From positions 43,399,970 to 43,463,969 of the forward strand of contig NC_057718.1 in the NCBI RefSeq assembly GCF_004010195.1: a stretch of 64,000 nt of DNA, written 5' to 3'. Within the stretch, counting starts at the first letter, position 1, and the number at the start of each line of letters is the position of its first letter. This stretch comes from Chiloscyllium plagiosum (taxonomy: Eukaryota). Under the pieces are notes generated by a model. It was not told where the DNA came from and did no database searches. It saw nothing but the letters and a program-made list of their open reading frames with translations. Of the stretch, positions 38,136 through 50,954 are shown in pieces. The position numbers and the translations under genes were made by a program.

Positions 38136-38584
38136 TAGTGAGTTTTGAGAAGATTTGTAGCTCAGGTTGAGGTTTTGGATGTAGGTTTGCTTGCTGAGCT
38201 GGAAGGTTCATTTCCAGACGTTTCGTTACCCTACTAGATAACATCTTCAGTGGTCCTCAGGCTGAAAATTCCTGCTTTTTATTTATATGTTTGGGTTTCT
38301 TTGTGTTGATGATGTCATTTTCTGTGGTGGTCACTTCCTATTCCTTTTCTCAGGGGTGGTAGATGGGGTCTAACTCAATGTGTTTTATTGATCGAGTTCC
38401 AGTTGGAATGCCATGCTTTGAGGAATTCTCGTGCTTGTCTTTGTTTGGCTTGTCCTAGGATGAATGTGTTGTCCAATCGAAGTGGTGTCCTCCCTCATCT
38501 GTACATGAGGATACTAGTGATAAAGGGTCATGTCTTTTTGTGGCTAGTTGGTGTTCATGTATCCTGGTGCCTAGTTTTTTGCTG
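38136..38584 (-). mobile_element. Penelope-like element 3' end (family C) with hammerhead motif at 38214-38253
   Basis: Minus strand HFDW...ILGQAKQRQAREFLKAWHS..SINK (GIY-YIG C-terminus), then CCA-CTGAAGA-T-GTTATC..GGTAAC-GAAA-CG-TC-TGG. Confidence 0.85.
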
Positions 38585-38694
38585 AGGAAAATATTGGGAA
38601 TATGGAGGAAACCAAGAAAGATGTCATATTGGTTGCAATTTCTTTGGTTATCACAAAACCAAAAAAACCCACATTACCATATATAAAAATCAAG

Positions 38695-38920
38695 ATTTGG
38701 AGATGCCGGTGTTAGACTGGGGTGTACAAAGTTAAAAGTCACACAACATCAGGTTATAGTGCAACAGATTCATTTGGAAGCACTAACTTTCGTAGCACTG
38801 CTCCTTCATCAGATAATTGTGGAGAATCACAATCACCTGATGAAGGAGCAGCACTCTGAACGCTCATGCTTTCAAATAAACCTATTGGACTATAACCTGG
38901 TGTTGTGTGATTTTTAAGTC
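38695..38920. mobile_element. Fold-back Penelope terminus (family B) with 11-bp TSD
   Basis: Inverted arms of about 80 bp (38732-38811 and ~38837-38917); TSD taaaaatcaag at 38684-38694 and 38921-38931. Confidence 0.88.
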
Positions 38921-39415
38921 TAAAAATCAAGGTATTCATATCTGTCTCTGTCTGAATCCCTGTACATTGTAACATATCTAATTCTGTAGCTTGGCCATCC
39001 CCATGAGTTGACAGACAGTTAGGTTTCTAACAGCCTTGTTTAGCAGCAATTTAAATATTCCAATCAGCCTCCTCTTTCCTGAAGTGGCCAGTGACATTCT
39101 AACTGCTTTGAAGAAGGGATTCTATAGCAGGTTGCTATGCAAAGACTCTGTTCAGATCTGCAGGTCTTCCTTGTTTGTCAAGTTGGAAGTACAGGCATAG
39201 GCCACTGTGAAGAGGGGCTTTCCTATTGTTGTGGCGGGCTAGCTATAGTCGGTGTTTTCATTTAAATTTAAATGAAGTATCTGAGAGGTCACCTTTTTTG
39301 TTGAAATCCCCTCTCAGATACCGAACTTTTACTTCTCCTGGTTGCATCTCTGAAGCTGGAATGTTTCTGATTGACAGCCAGCCCACACCCCTTAATCAGA
39401 GAAATAATCTGTCGC

Positions 39416-39612
39416 CAGATGTGCAGGTTAGGTGAATTGGCAATGCTAAATTGCCCATAGTGCTCAGGGAAGTGTAGGTTAGGTGCATTAGCCCGGGGTA
39501 AATGTAGAGAATTTGGGGAATGGGTCTGCGTGGGTTACTCTTTGGAGGGACAGTGTGGATATATTGGACTGAAGGGCCTGTTTTAATACTGTAGGGATTC
39601 TATGATTCTATG
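39416..39612 (+). mobile_element. 5'-truncated HE1-like SINE
   Basis: gatgtgcaggttaggtgaattggc..gctaaattgccc body; tail gattctatgattctatg. Confidence 0.88.
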
Positions 39613-39744
39613 TCAATTGAAAAGTTATCCTGGCTAAATTTCCATGTCAGTGATTGTTACCTTAGGGTGAAGGCTTGGGATCTGGAAATAGTCCTGACTT
39701 CTGTTTCCTGTCTCTGAGTGAAAATTCACTCCATTATTAAAGTT

Positions 39745-41095
39745 GTAAACTACTGCCAGCAAAAGCTTCTTTCAATATATAAAGAAGACAAAGAGACCAA
39801 GGTGAACATAAGCCCTTTAGAGAACGAAACACTGGAAATAATAATGGGGAACCAGGAAATCGCAGATGAGTTGGATAAATTTTTTACATCAGTCTTCATA
39901 GTAGAAAACACCAATGGGCATTCCAGAATTATTAAATGTTCAAGGGACAAAATGAGGAAAGGAAATAATTACAGTAACTATCACTGGAGAAAATGTGCTA
40001 GGAAAACCTATGGGTCTAAAGACCAATGAGTCCTCTGGATAGGATATTAAAAGAAGTAGCTACAAAGATAATGGAGGCATTGGTAGTAATCTTCTAAGAA
40101 TCCTTAGATCCTGGGAAGGTGCCAGAGGATTGGAAAACTGCCAATGTAACACTTTTATTTAAAATGGGAAGAAAACCAGCTAACAGGTAACTATGGGCCA
40201 GTTAGCTTAACATCTGTTATTGGAAAAATGTTAAAGCCTTTCGATAAAGGATATAATGGCAGTGTATTTAGGAATATATACTATGATTGTCAGAGTCAGC
40301 ATAGCTTTGTGAAGGAGAAATCATCCTTGATAAATTTACTCAAGCTCTTTGTCGAGATGTCTAACAGGATAAGTAAAGAGGAAGCATTAGATATAACATA
40401 TTTGGATTTTCAGAAGGCTTTTGATAAGGTGCACACCAGGCTACTTAATAATATTGAACTCCTGGTGTTGAAGGTAGTATATTAACACAGATGGAGGAAT
40501 AATTAACTAACAGAAGACAGACATTTGGGATAAAGGGATACTTCAGGCTGGCAATCTGTAACTGGTGGTGTGCCACATGGATCAGTGCTAGGCTCAATGT
40601 TATTTATAATGTCTATGAATGATTTGGATGAAGAAAGTGAATGCACCGTCCCAGGTTTGCAAATTGCACAAAAATAAATTTGAAGGCAAGTTGTGAGGGT
40701 GACACAAAGAGTCTGCAGAGGGATGTAGACAGGACAAATGATTGGGCAGATGGAAAATAATGTGGGAAAAGTGAGGTTACACACTTTGTCAGGAAGAGCA
40801 AAGGAACTGAATATTATTTAACTGGAGAGAAGCTGCATAAAGCTTTGGAACAGAGGGAGTTCATCCATGAATCACAAAAGGCAAGCAATTAAGTTCAGCA
40901 GGTAATAGGAAGACAAATGGAATATCTGCCCTTATTTCAAAGGGAATGGAATATAAAGAAGGTTTTGCTAAAACTATACAAGTCACTAGTCAGAGGACAA
41001 CTGGAATACTGTGAACAGTTTTGGGCCCCTTATCTAAGAAAAGATACATTGGCATGGCATACAGACCAGATATGGTTCAGTAGACTGATATCAGT
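39745..41095 (+). mobile_element. CR1 ORF2 fragment
   Basis: PEDWKTANVTLLFK, YLDFQKAFDKV, GVPHGSVLG, LEYCEQFWAP. Confidence 0.92.
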
Positions 41096-41159
41096 ATATA
41101 GTGAACAGGATTTGGAGAGTCAGGTGATGAGTAACTGTAAGATGTTTACTGAAAATTTT

Positions 41160-41640
41160 GAAGGAGCCCATAAAATTGGTTTATATTGACTTCTTAACAA
41201 TCTCAATTGTCTCTTAATTGCTCATTTCAAAATAGGAAACAATGTGTCCACACGACTCACCAACAATGAGCACATTATTGTGTTCTTGAGTATTGGCATC
41301 AGAGAGCCAAGGCAATGCCACCTTCTCAATTTATTACCATTACCATTACCACCAACTTCAACAGTGCGCGTTTGTACACCATGCAATCCTGGCCAGAATC
41401 GGGAGATTTGCAAATAGAACTGAAAACTGCAATCAGCAAAATATCCCTACATCAAACGTTTTGATGGAGGGAGGGTCAGTGATGAAACAGAGGATGAGAG
41501 TTAGGCCTAGGACACAGCCCTGAGGAACTAATATCCTAAGGTTGAGGTGATCTCTTTGTGTTAGGTATGACTCCAGCCAGAAAAAAATTCCCCAGACTGA
41601 TGCTGTACTCTATCTATTGTGTGTTAAGGATAAACATTCT
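41160..41640 (-). mobile_element. Old CR1 RT fragment
   Basis: Minus strand VPQGCVLGLTL.L.FITDP. Confidence 0.6.
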
Positions 41641-41761
41641 TTTTGTTGAGAATTGGATTGTAGCTCTTCAGTGTTTTATAATTTTTACTTTTAACTTTAA
41701 AAACCTGAAGGAAACGAGAAGCAATTTGGAACTGAAAGAAAGGATAACACGAGAATAATCA

Positions 41762-43166
41762 TGCTTTGGAGATACTGGTGTTGAACTGGGGTGGACAAAG
41801 TTAAAAATCACACAACACCAGGTTATATCCAACAGGTTTAATTGGAAGCACACTAGCTTTCGGAGTGCTGCTCCTTCATCAGGCGATAGTGGGGGACACA
41901 ATTCTAAGGCACAGAATTTATAGCAAAAACTGACAGTGTGATGTAATTGAAATTATACATTTAAAAATACCTTGATTGTCTGTTGAGTCTTTCATCTGTT
42001 CGAATACCATGATAGTTTCACTTCTTTCATGTATAAATCATAAAACCTTTTTTTAAATGTTGCATTCTCAGGTTAGCTGTAACAATGGGCATTAGCTAGA
42101 CAATATGTTGAAGGTGTTAGCCCCCTGTGTTCTCTGTCTATGCAATGATGTTTAGATTGATTCTAAGCTAAAAAGTGGCAAAACAGAGTTTTACATGAAT
42201 TCATGCAGTTTTTGAGCAAAGTACAATGTAACTCTGCAAGTACAAATTCACCCCACAAAATATATGTGTGCATTTGGGTCTTTGTCTGTGTGTGTGTGCG
42301 TGTTTGGGGTGGGGGATTGTGAGTGTCTATGAGAGAGAGTGTGTGTATGTGTGTGCATGAGTGTGGAGTGTTCTAAGTCTCTGAGAGGATGCCTGTGTGG
42401 TTGTGGGAGTGTGTGTGTCTGTAAGGATGTGTGTGAGTGTCTGTGTGCGTGTCTGTGTATATGTGTGTCCGTGTGTATGTGTGTGTGTGTGTGTGTGTAC
42501 AATGGTGGTCACCTGTAATGTGACATGAACCCATGGTCCCGGTTGACGCCCTCCCTATGGATACCAAACTTAGCTATCAGCCTCTGCCACTTTTCGATGC
42601 TGCCTGTCCTGAAGTCCGCCTTGGAGGATGGTCACCGGAAGGTCTGAGGTCGAATGTCCTGGACCACTGAAGTGTTCCCCATCTGGGAGGGAACAGTCCT
42701 GTCTGTTGATTGTTGTGCAGTGACTATTCATTCGAAGTCGTAGCCTTTGCTCAGTTTCCCCAATGTACCATGCCTCAGGGCATCCTTGCCTGCAACGTAT
42801 AAGATAGACAATGTTGGCTGAGTCACATGAGTATCTGTCACGTACAAGGTGGGAGGTGTCCCCACGTGAAATGGTGGTATCTATGTCCACACTCTGACAC
42901 TAGGAGAAAGTGAGGACTGCAGATGCTGGAGATCAGAGCTGAAAAATGTGTTGCTGGAAAAGCGCAGCAGGTCAGGCAGCATCTAAGGAGCAGGAGAATC
43001 GATGTTTTGCCCGAAATGTCAATTCTCCTGCTCCTTGGATGCTGCCTGACCTGCTGCGCTTTTCCAGCAACACATTTTTCAGCCACACTCTGACACGTCT
43101 TGCAGCGCCTACCGTGACAGGGTTGTATGGAGTTGTCCTGACAGCCGGGCAGCTTGCTACGAACAA
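41762..43166 (-). mobile_element. 5'-truncated Penelope-like element (family B): GIY-YIG, 3' region, hammerhead terminus, 13-bp TSD
   Basis: ORF 42570-42890 (YSCDSANIVYLIRC..AWYIGETEQRLRLRMNSH); hammerhead motif at 41851-41885; TSD acgagaataatca at 41749-41761 and 43167-43179. Confidence 0.92.
42901..43082. mobile_element. Family A fold-back element nested in the Penelope copy, 14-bp TSD
   Basis: Unique tail of about 37 nt followed by inverted arms; TSD ccacactctgacac at 42887-42900 and 43083-43096. Confidence 0.92.
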
Positions 43167-43699
43167 ACGAGAATAATCAGTCAGGATTAGTTTTAACTTG
43201 TAAGACTGGAGAAGCCAAGTGAGATATTAACAAGCCTAACACAGTTCATAGATTAAGCGTCTCACTTGCAGTTCCAACAATTTTCCACCTAAATGCTGAA
43301 ATGGATTAAATTATTGTTATAAACCCTGGGTTAGAAAGCAGAAAGCTTTGTTATTACTATACAAGGTTCATTATTTGATACTTGCAGCACCTTTTCCAAG
43401 GTAGGCAGGTAACATGTGAAATCAGTACATCCACCTCAGCTTTAAGATTGTATCATTCCCTGGCCAGATCCCATGCTATACTCCTGTCCATAGCATTGCT
43501 GATGGTCTCTGATCACCTATCACTTGGACCTGATCTTCACAATGATGAATATGATGCCTGTCTCCTCCAGATCCTTTTCCCCTCAGTGATTTGAACAAAT
43601 CTTTGATCCAGTCAAATGAGTACTGTTGGTGCTTAGTTCAACACCATGTCTGATCTTGCTGCAAAAGTTGCATTAGAGGCTTATTAACTTGGAATCATT

Positions 43700-44150
43700 G
43701 TAAAACTATTCCCACTTTATTCACCATTCCATTATCTCTGGATTCTGTAATATTCTTTGGTACTGGAAATGTAGTGATGGCTTCTGTCTTCTGCAGGTGT
43801 CTATTGTTGCCCGAACAGCGTGACCCAAAAATTTAATTGCTGGCATTGGGAATTCATATTTATAAGTGCCAACTCAACATCCTGTAACTTGCTTAAGACT
43901 GTCCTAACTCTGTCATCATGTTAGACTTTATTAATAGAATCATGGATAAGAATGTCATCTATGTAGCATATGATGCTTTCCTTAGCTTCTAGTGTGTTGG
44001 ACGTCATCTGTTGGAAAGTCTCAGGCGTACAAAACAATAACATCCAGAAGGCGTCATGAATGTGGTTAGTAGTTTTAAATCACATCTAGTAGAGGTTGCC
44101 AGAGGATGCTTTTCATGCCTTACTTGGTACAGATGGAGATGCTTATAAGT
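43700..44150 (-). mobile_element. Degenerate Ty3/Gypsy reverse transcriptase
   Basis: Minus strand KLLTTFMTPSGCYCFVR..PETFQQMTSNTLEAKESIICYIDDILIH..IKFLGH. Confidence 0.85.
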
Positions 44151-44655
44151 TAAGGTGAGTTCTCATTTACAGATGCAATTGGATATATTGCTGATTGAAT
44201 TGCCTTTCCCAAACGTATGAAAGCAACCCCAATTCAGGTCAGGCAGCAGCAGTGTAACACAATGCTACGTATTCTGCTGTGTGACATTCACATGGCCGTT
44301 TTTCCAACCTAGTGATGTCATAATCAGGAAACTAATTCATCCTCTTTCCAAAAACTCCTCAGGCCACTTTGTTCTTAAGGGGATGTTATACAAAAGAAGG
44401 TGCAGCCTTTTCCCAGTACATGAGTCATCATGCATGTCTCTGTAAATAATAAAGCTGATAAGTGTTGAAGCCTAAGCTTCAGTTTTAGTCTTCACTGCCT
44501 GGCGGTCTGAATTATTACAGAATTATTGTGTGACATGGAGAACTGTATCCTTAACAAGCTGAGAAACGCTTATATTGATTATTCAACAGTTTGACTAATG
44601 AATAGTGAGCAATAAGCGACTTAACCCTTGGCATTTTGCACTCTCCCTCTTTCAG

Positions 44656-44720
44656 CCATCACTGCAGTAATGCCCATCATGATGAAGTAACTGAACAAGT
44701 ATATTACTTTCTATTACATT
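44656..44720 (+). pseudogene. Candidate decayed exon start
   Basis: Strong acceptor ctctccctctttcag|; HHCSNAHHDEVTEQVYY (WD40 AH..VT). The 3' end is unclear. Confidence 0.3.
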
Positions 44721-45299
44721 GATCTCATCTCTCACTATATATTTTACATTTACTGTTAATTATCTTTGTTTCCTTTAAGTCAAAACCCAAACAAAATAGA
44801 AATCCTAAGTTGGAAGCCTATCACTATAGCAAAAGGAAACCAAACAACTTAGAATTAGTTTGGACTTTGGTTTGATTTCACTTTGGAAGCTAAACATTAC
44901 TTAAAAATTTGGCTGGCTATTTAGTCCAACTCAACTTTTTCCAATCACAGCAAACATTTCTTCTTTAACAGCAAGTAATGCCTTCTTCTTCTCTGTTCTG
45001 AATTATCCCTTTTCAGCACTATCCTTGCACACTGCTGTACCACAACACATGCTAAAGATCAATTATTGCAGTGTAAGGCAATGTATCTACCAGTTAACGT
45101 TAATTGAACAGCTGTGTTGAATTGGTATTTTCATTAACAGTACGGTGGTTGTAATTACAAGTACAGTTTTTTTTGAAAAGTCATTTCAGTGTAACTTCAT
45201 TAAAAGGTCATCAGCGATTGTCCACTTAATTCTGCAACAGTTTTTCTCTGTGGCAGGGTACAGTGGCCGTCAATTTTCCACATTTCTCTTTGATTACAG

Positions 45300-45404
45300 T
45301 TTGTAGTTCTGCCACGATTATTGGCAAAACAACCATAAACTGACCTATTCATCAGTAATCAAATAACTACTTTGATGGTTATGCACTGCCATTTATAGAC
45401 TGAC
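45300..45404 (+). pseudogene. Candidate decayed exon (105 nt)
   Basis: catttctctttgattacag| ... GAC|gtaagt; FVVLPRLLAKQP*TDLFISNQITTLMVMHCHL*TD; all three frames contain stops. Confidence 0.5.
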
Positions 45405-45924
45405 GTAAGTATCATAAACTATTGTACAGGTCAGTCTGTATCTGTAAAAAGACAAATTGGTGCATTTGAGATTTCACTGTTTTTTCAGCTTAACATATTT
45501 TGTCTGAGGAGCTTTTTGTTTCTTATTCTGATTTAAAGTTTTCACACATTTTCCTTTATTATGCACATGTTAGTTACTTTGAGGATCCTTGTGGAAATCG
45601 CATGAATGTGAAATGCATGTATTTTCTTAAGTTTAGAAGGTTGCGATGTGAAGTAATTTAAAAGTATTTAAATGTTAACAAAATTTAATAGAATAGACAC
45701 AGATACTCCCCCTTGTGAAAAGATCTAGAAAAAAGGGGACATTGATCTTAAATTTGGTCTGGATCATTTTGGAATGAAAAAGCAAAACATTTTTACACAC
45801 CAAAGGTAGCAGAAATCTGGATCTGTCTCCCCAAAAATCCTTAGCTCCTTAGTCAAATCATATTTTTAAGCCTTTATTCAATATACTTTTGCTGACTGCA
45901 ATCAATGGTTCAGCTCCTCTTACT

Positions 45925-46600
45925 TTTTAAAATTCATACATGGAACTTGAGCATGGTTGGCTGGGACAGCATTGATTTACTTGCTCTTCAGAAGTTGGTG
46001 ATGAGCTGTTTTCTTGAATCACAGTAGTTCAGTTTGTGTAGGTTTACCACTATGTTGTTAGGGAGGAAGTTATCGAATTTTGATCCAGTGCCAGTGAAGG
46101 GAGGGTGGTATTTTCCCAAGTCAAGATCATAGAATCTCTATTGTGCAGAAAGAGGCCACTTGGCCGAGCGAGTCTGCACCTGCCCTCCTCAGACCATCCC
46201 ACCATAACCCTGTCCCCATAATCTTGCATTTGCCATGGCTAGTGCACCTAACCTGCACATCCCTGAACACTGTGGGACAATTTATCATGGCCAATTCATA
46301 TAACCTGCACGTCTTTGGACCATGGAGGGGAAACCAAAGGACTGGCAGAAACTCATGCAAACTCCAAACACACAGTCACCCAAGGCTGGAATTGAACTTG
46401 GGTCCCTTGTGCGGTGAGGCAGCAATGCTAACCATTGTGCCACCAAGATGATGACCAGCTTGGAGGGGAGTTGCAAAATGTTCTGCTGCCCTTGTCCTTC
46501 TAAATAATAGCAGTGATGTATTTTGAAGGTATTGTCTAAGAACCTTTGATAAATATCTGCAGTACATTGTCTGTGGCATTCACTATTGCTACTGTGCTCT
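45925..46600 (-). mobile_element. LINE 3' end (same family as 52860) interrupted by a SINE
   Basis: ..gaag.tggtg.tgagctg..ttcttgaa.. terminus shared with 22610, 52860, 54830 and 55280. Confidence 0.7.
46127..46445 (-). mobile_element. HE1-like V-SINE
   Basis: Minus strand GGTGGCACAATGGTTAGC..GTTCAATTCC head, partly deleted core, CR1-like tail. Confidence 0.9.
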
Positions 46601-48552
46601 TCAAATCTAATCAGGCAATAGCATAATAACGTTCTACACAGAATCACATCTTTCAGCAAACATCATGGACTCCTCCAGTATTATCTAAGCAAGGAAGATA
46701 GAAATATTTCAGTGAGTGTGCAGTAACCAATTTAGTTGATGTAACTGACTTCGTTGAATACGCATATTCAATGCGTGCAAGATTTGTGATGATGCTGTGA
46801 GGCCTGTGTTAGTGCAAAGTCAATGAAGACAAGATGAAGCTATAAATGTAATGTCGCTGTATAATTTATAGAGATTGTAAGTAGCTGAGTGATGGGGGTG
46901 TGGTGCATGGAGCAGTGCATGTGGCAAATAGAGCAGTTGCTTGAATATGATATTCTAAAATAAATTCACTGACTTTAACCACTTCTGTAAGTCATGTTAC
47001 CCTCTTGCATTATTGCATCCAGGTCTTTGGGGCTTGATTCCTGTTGTGCTCCTATAATCTGTGAAACAATTGTCTGGAGTGTCCGTTGGATACAGAACCT
47101 CACTGCTGCTTTCTTCCTCCTGCATTGTTGTATCATGGGGCGCACTTACTGATCTGTTGCACCACATTTCAGTGTTCTTCTTTTTTATCCTCTCTGCTGT
47201 AATCTGATCAGTATCTGTTCCAGCCAATGTGACCTCCACTTTAAGGTATGTGGGGTAGTTTTAAGCAGTGCATGCTATCTCAAAGTGATGCTGACATTAC
47301 GAAAAATTGAGATTGATGCTGGGCCATGCAGCCACTCAGCAACACACTTAATGTGGGATATCATGAAAATTAGCAGTCAAAATGAAATTTAATGCTATCT
47401 TTATTAGAAGCAGTGACTGGAGGTTAATTGTTGGTTATAATATCCCTAAACATTTTCAATCTTTTTAAACTTTGCAGCCTGTGACCTCATTGTTCCCAAT
47501 ATGATCCTACATCAGTACAGCCATACAGTAGCATGCATATCATTTTAAGCTTGTTTTCTTTATTTGTAAAATGATTCAATCAGTGATCTGAATGAGTATT
47601 CAAGTCAGATAGGAAAACATATGGATTTTCCCTCTAAAGATCCCACGGTGCCTGGGGAAAATGGCCGTTCCGTGAATCAAGAGGAAAAAAGCTACACAGA
47701 TAAGAAATTTTGTGAGGAGTGGCTCCTTTAATCACAGGCTGGGTCCCTTCTTCACTTGTAGCTGATAGGGTCACAACAGAACCCAGCCTGTGATTGAAGG
47801 AGCAATGAGAAGGTGAGGTAGGGTGCTGAGCAGGATTAGCAACACATAGAGGAATCACATGTCAGCCCGTGAGGCAGGACTGGGTGGGGTTGGGGAAAAT
47901 ATGGGATTGCCAGGGCTGGGGGATGTTTGACCCTGACAGCTGAGATCAAGTGGAGAGGGCAAGAGGAACATGACGTTCCCTGACTTAGGCTTGTGAAAGG
48001 ACGCTTTGGGGTTAGAGGCGGTTTGAAGAAAGTAGAAAAGAAGTAAGTCCGTAGAAAGGATGGGAGGGAGAGGTGCATGGCTGGAAAGGGGACTTAGAGT
48101 ATATGTTGGTTGCTGCAAAGAGGAGAAGATAAGATGTTTTCAGTGGAGAGAAGGAGGGAGGTTGCCAAAGGAAGCAATTAGATTTGAACATCTCAGCAAA
48201 GGGAGAGTGATGATCATTGAGGATGTTGCCAAATTCTTCTAATTCCACATCTGCATGAGTCCAAATACCCCAAATGTCAACAAAAATACAGAGGATAATA
48301 TTACAATGTGATTGCACCAGGAATTGGTAGAAATGAAAAAAAATCTACAAAATTCAATAAGTACCTCTCAAGAGATCTCAAGCAAATTCCTCAGAAAAAA
48401 AACCACATTGACCCCTGGTCTGAACATAAACGTATGTTAAAATTTCAGCAATGATTCAAACGTCATTTGAAAGTAATCAAAATGATTTTGGATCCTGGCT
48501 TTTTTCTTACCTCGGACTCATATGTGGGGAATGCTTTTTTTCATTTCATCAG

Positions 48553-48736
48553 ATATTGAAACAATATAACTTTGCTATAGATGAGATGCACACAAAAGAA
48601 AGGTAGTTGAAATCCTGTATGCACAAGGGTAACATGGAATGAATTATGCTTCGGGGTTGAAAAACTGCAAGAAGCCCTATTAAAATCTGAATTATCATAT
48701 CAGTAACTGGGAAATGTGAAATATTCACCAGCCCAG
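48553..48736 (+). pseudogene. Candidate decayed exon (184 nt)
   Basis: ttttttcatttcatcag| ... CAG|gtaaaa; (D)IETI*LCYR*DAHKRKVVEILYAQG*HGMNYASG...HISNWEM* gives a WD40-shaped repeat with 5 stops. Confidence 0.5.
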
Positions 48737-49998
48737 GTAAAAACGTCTTCATAAAATGTTTGATTCTCACAGATCCTTCTTGAATGGGTTGATATACCTT
48801 TTTTCATACAGTGCATGTTATAAATAAAAAATCCCGTAAATCTCTCAAGAGCAAAGTCTGTCTTTTTCAATTTATCAAACATGTTTGATGATGTCATATA
48901 TGATTATTCAATGAACTAACTTTTTTGTTGGAAAAATACATGGAATTGCAGTTTTGAAGCAATGTTATCATAATGAGAGTGAGTGTATTCAGCATAGCTG
49001 CTTTTCCTTCAGATAAAGGCAGATTGTTGATTCTTCATGCCATGTTGCTTTGAATGTTGCTATGGTGATAATTGCAGTTTGGATCTTATTCTGTAACTTG
49101 CAAAAGGTCATTAATCTGCTAGAAAGCAATTGTCCCTCAATCATATACAATTCTGACATCCAGATCCCTGTTTCCATGCTAATTGTTTGAAGTTCATTTG
49201 TTGCACAAATCTCTTTAATGACTTTTCACAAAACCTATTTTGACAGAAATTTAATAAAAGAAATATTATGTGTGGATCACTATAAAAGCTGCGATTTGGA
49301 TGAATCAAGAAAGATTGCTCACTAAAAGAGGCATTGCTAACCTGTTATAGTAAAATAGTTATAGTGTTTCAAGCATTCCTTATCTTTAGACAATTTTAAT
49401 CGTGTTCATTTGTTTAGGGTGTTGCTTTGCCTAGCCTTGAGATTTGTACAGTTGAATGAGAAGCCGGTTGGTATCACAAATGAATAGATGTTCAACTTAG
49501 TTTGTGCTTAAAACAACATAGCACTTTTAATTCATGTACAGTTCTAACCTGCTTTTGAAGCATCCGAAAAGAGGCAGGGGTATCCTTTATCTTTATCAAC
49601 AATCCTTGGTTGGACAATTATTTTATTTCTTCCCAAACTTTCACAAAACGTGACCCTATTCAGATGCTTTAAACTTTGTGACCCCAGAGGGAAAATTGGG
49701 CAGAGAAGAATGAGATAACATTTGAGTTGTTGTGAGGAGTTGTTGAGTAAGGTTTGAGGGTAGCTGACACCATATATTGTTGAGTCTTAGAGGTGGTGGT
49801 AAATTTGAGTTTGACATAAAGTGTTTTCTAACTTTTCTTAGGTTGGGAACTGAGGCACATCGCTGAGAGGCCAGTGTACATTGCTCATTGTTTTTCATCC
49901 CTCAAAAGCTATTGTCTCAGCAGCATCTGCAGTTGAGATGCTCTGCATTTTACAGTTGAGTGCATAGAAATCTTGGCTAGAACTTGCCAGGATTGGAG

Positions 49999-50146
49999 TG
50001 ATGCTGGAAAAGCATAGCTAGTCAGGCAGCATCCGAGGAGCAGGAAAATCAACGTTTCGGGCAAAAGCCCTTCATCTCTCCACCTTGGAGGCTCTCTGCC
50101 TCTAACCTTGACTCTGATCTCCAGCATCTGCAGTCCTCATTTTTGT
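49999..50146. mobile_element. Family A element (inverted arrangement) with 16-bp TSD
   Basis: TSD cttgccaggattggag at 49983-49998 and 50147-50162; minus strand GATGAAGGGCTTTTGCCCGAAACGTTGATT. Confidence 0.9.
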
Positions 50147-50534
50147 CTTGCCAGGATTGGAGCATGTGTGACTGAGTCACATGCGACACTCTTTCAAGTG
50201 AGAAGCGTCTGAATGTTTGAGGGATCCATGCAGATGGAATTATCAATGCCAATAGCCTGAAGCCTTTTTCTTTCTTGGTACCAGGGGTCTCAGGTCTGTA
50301 GGAAGTGTTTGAATTTGGTGACACTTCCATAGTGCATTTATTGAGAGGGAAATCAAAAGATCTTGCAGGGATTTGCACTCTGGCAGCAACTAAAAAGCAG
50401 TGAGGATCTCAATTGCCTCGTTGGCTCAGCACTCCATCACCCTGGCATCTGCAACTGGAGCAGCACCTTACATCACCTCAGGGCCTTCTGGTTGTTCGCT
50501 GTCATTACTGTCCGATTGTATCATTGTGTTGTAG

Positions 50535-50653
50535 AGTTTTGCTGATTGTGGGAAATCAATGGCACTCCTATGGACAAAGTCATTGTAATGCGATCTGGAC
50601 AGATCCAACAAATTACCTACATGCTACAGAGACGCGTAGCTTCACCTCTTATT
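50535..50653 (+). pseudogene. Candidate exon (119 nt)
   Basis: tcattgtgttgtag| ... ATT|gtaagc; FC*LWEINGTPMDKVIVMRSGQIQQITYMLQRRVASPLI. An alternative frame (VLLIVGNQW...) is open. Confidence 0.5.
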
Positions 50654-50954
50654 GTAAGCTGTTAAATTATTATTACAAAGAAGGGATATGTTGTATATGT
50701 ATCCTGCCTTGAAGGATACATATACCTTTAACGAATCCACGCACAATGTTGTTTGTCTGCTATGTGTGCACATGGAAATTAGTTGATTTGCTGAAATATA
50801 TGATTCATAAGCATATAACATTTTTTTCCTATTTTAAATAAACTAACCCAAAAAGTTAATCAATTTCTGATGAGTTATTGGTTATTTGACTATTATCGTT
50901 AATATACCATCCAGGCTTGGTTCCCTCGATAGTACATTAAGATCTTGTGGTGTC

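Noticed and set aside
46997..48320. Short ORFs and a possible small exon 47212-47245 (SVPANVTSTL, then gtatgt)
   Set aside because: No recognisable motif; the surroundings look like decayed transposon sequence and the evidence is insufficient.
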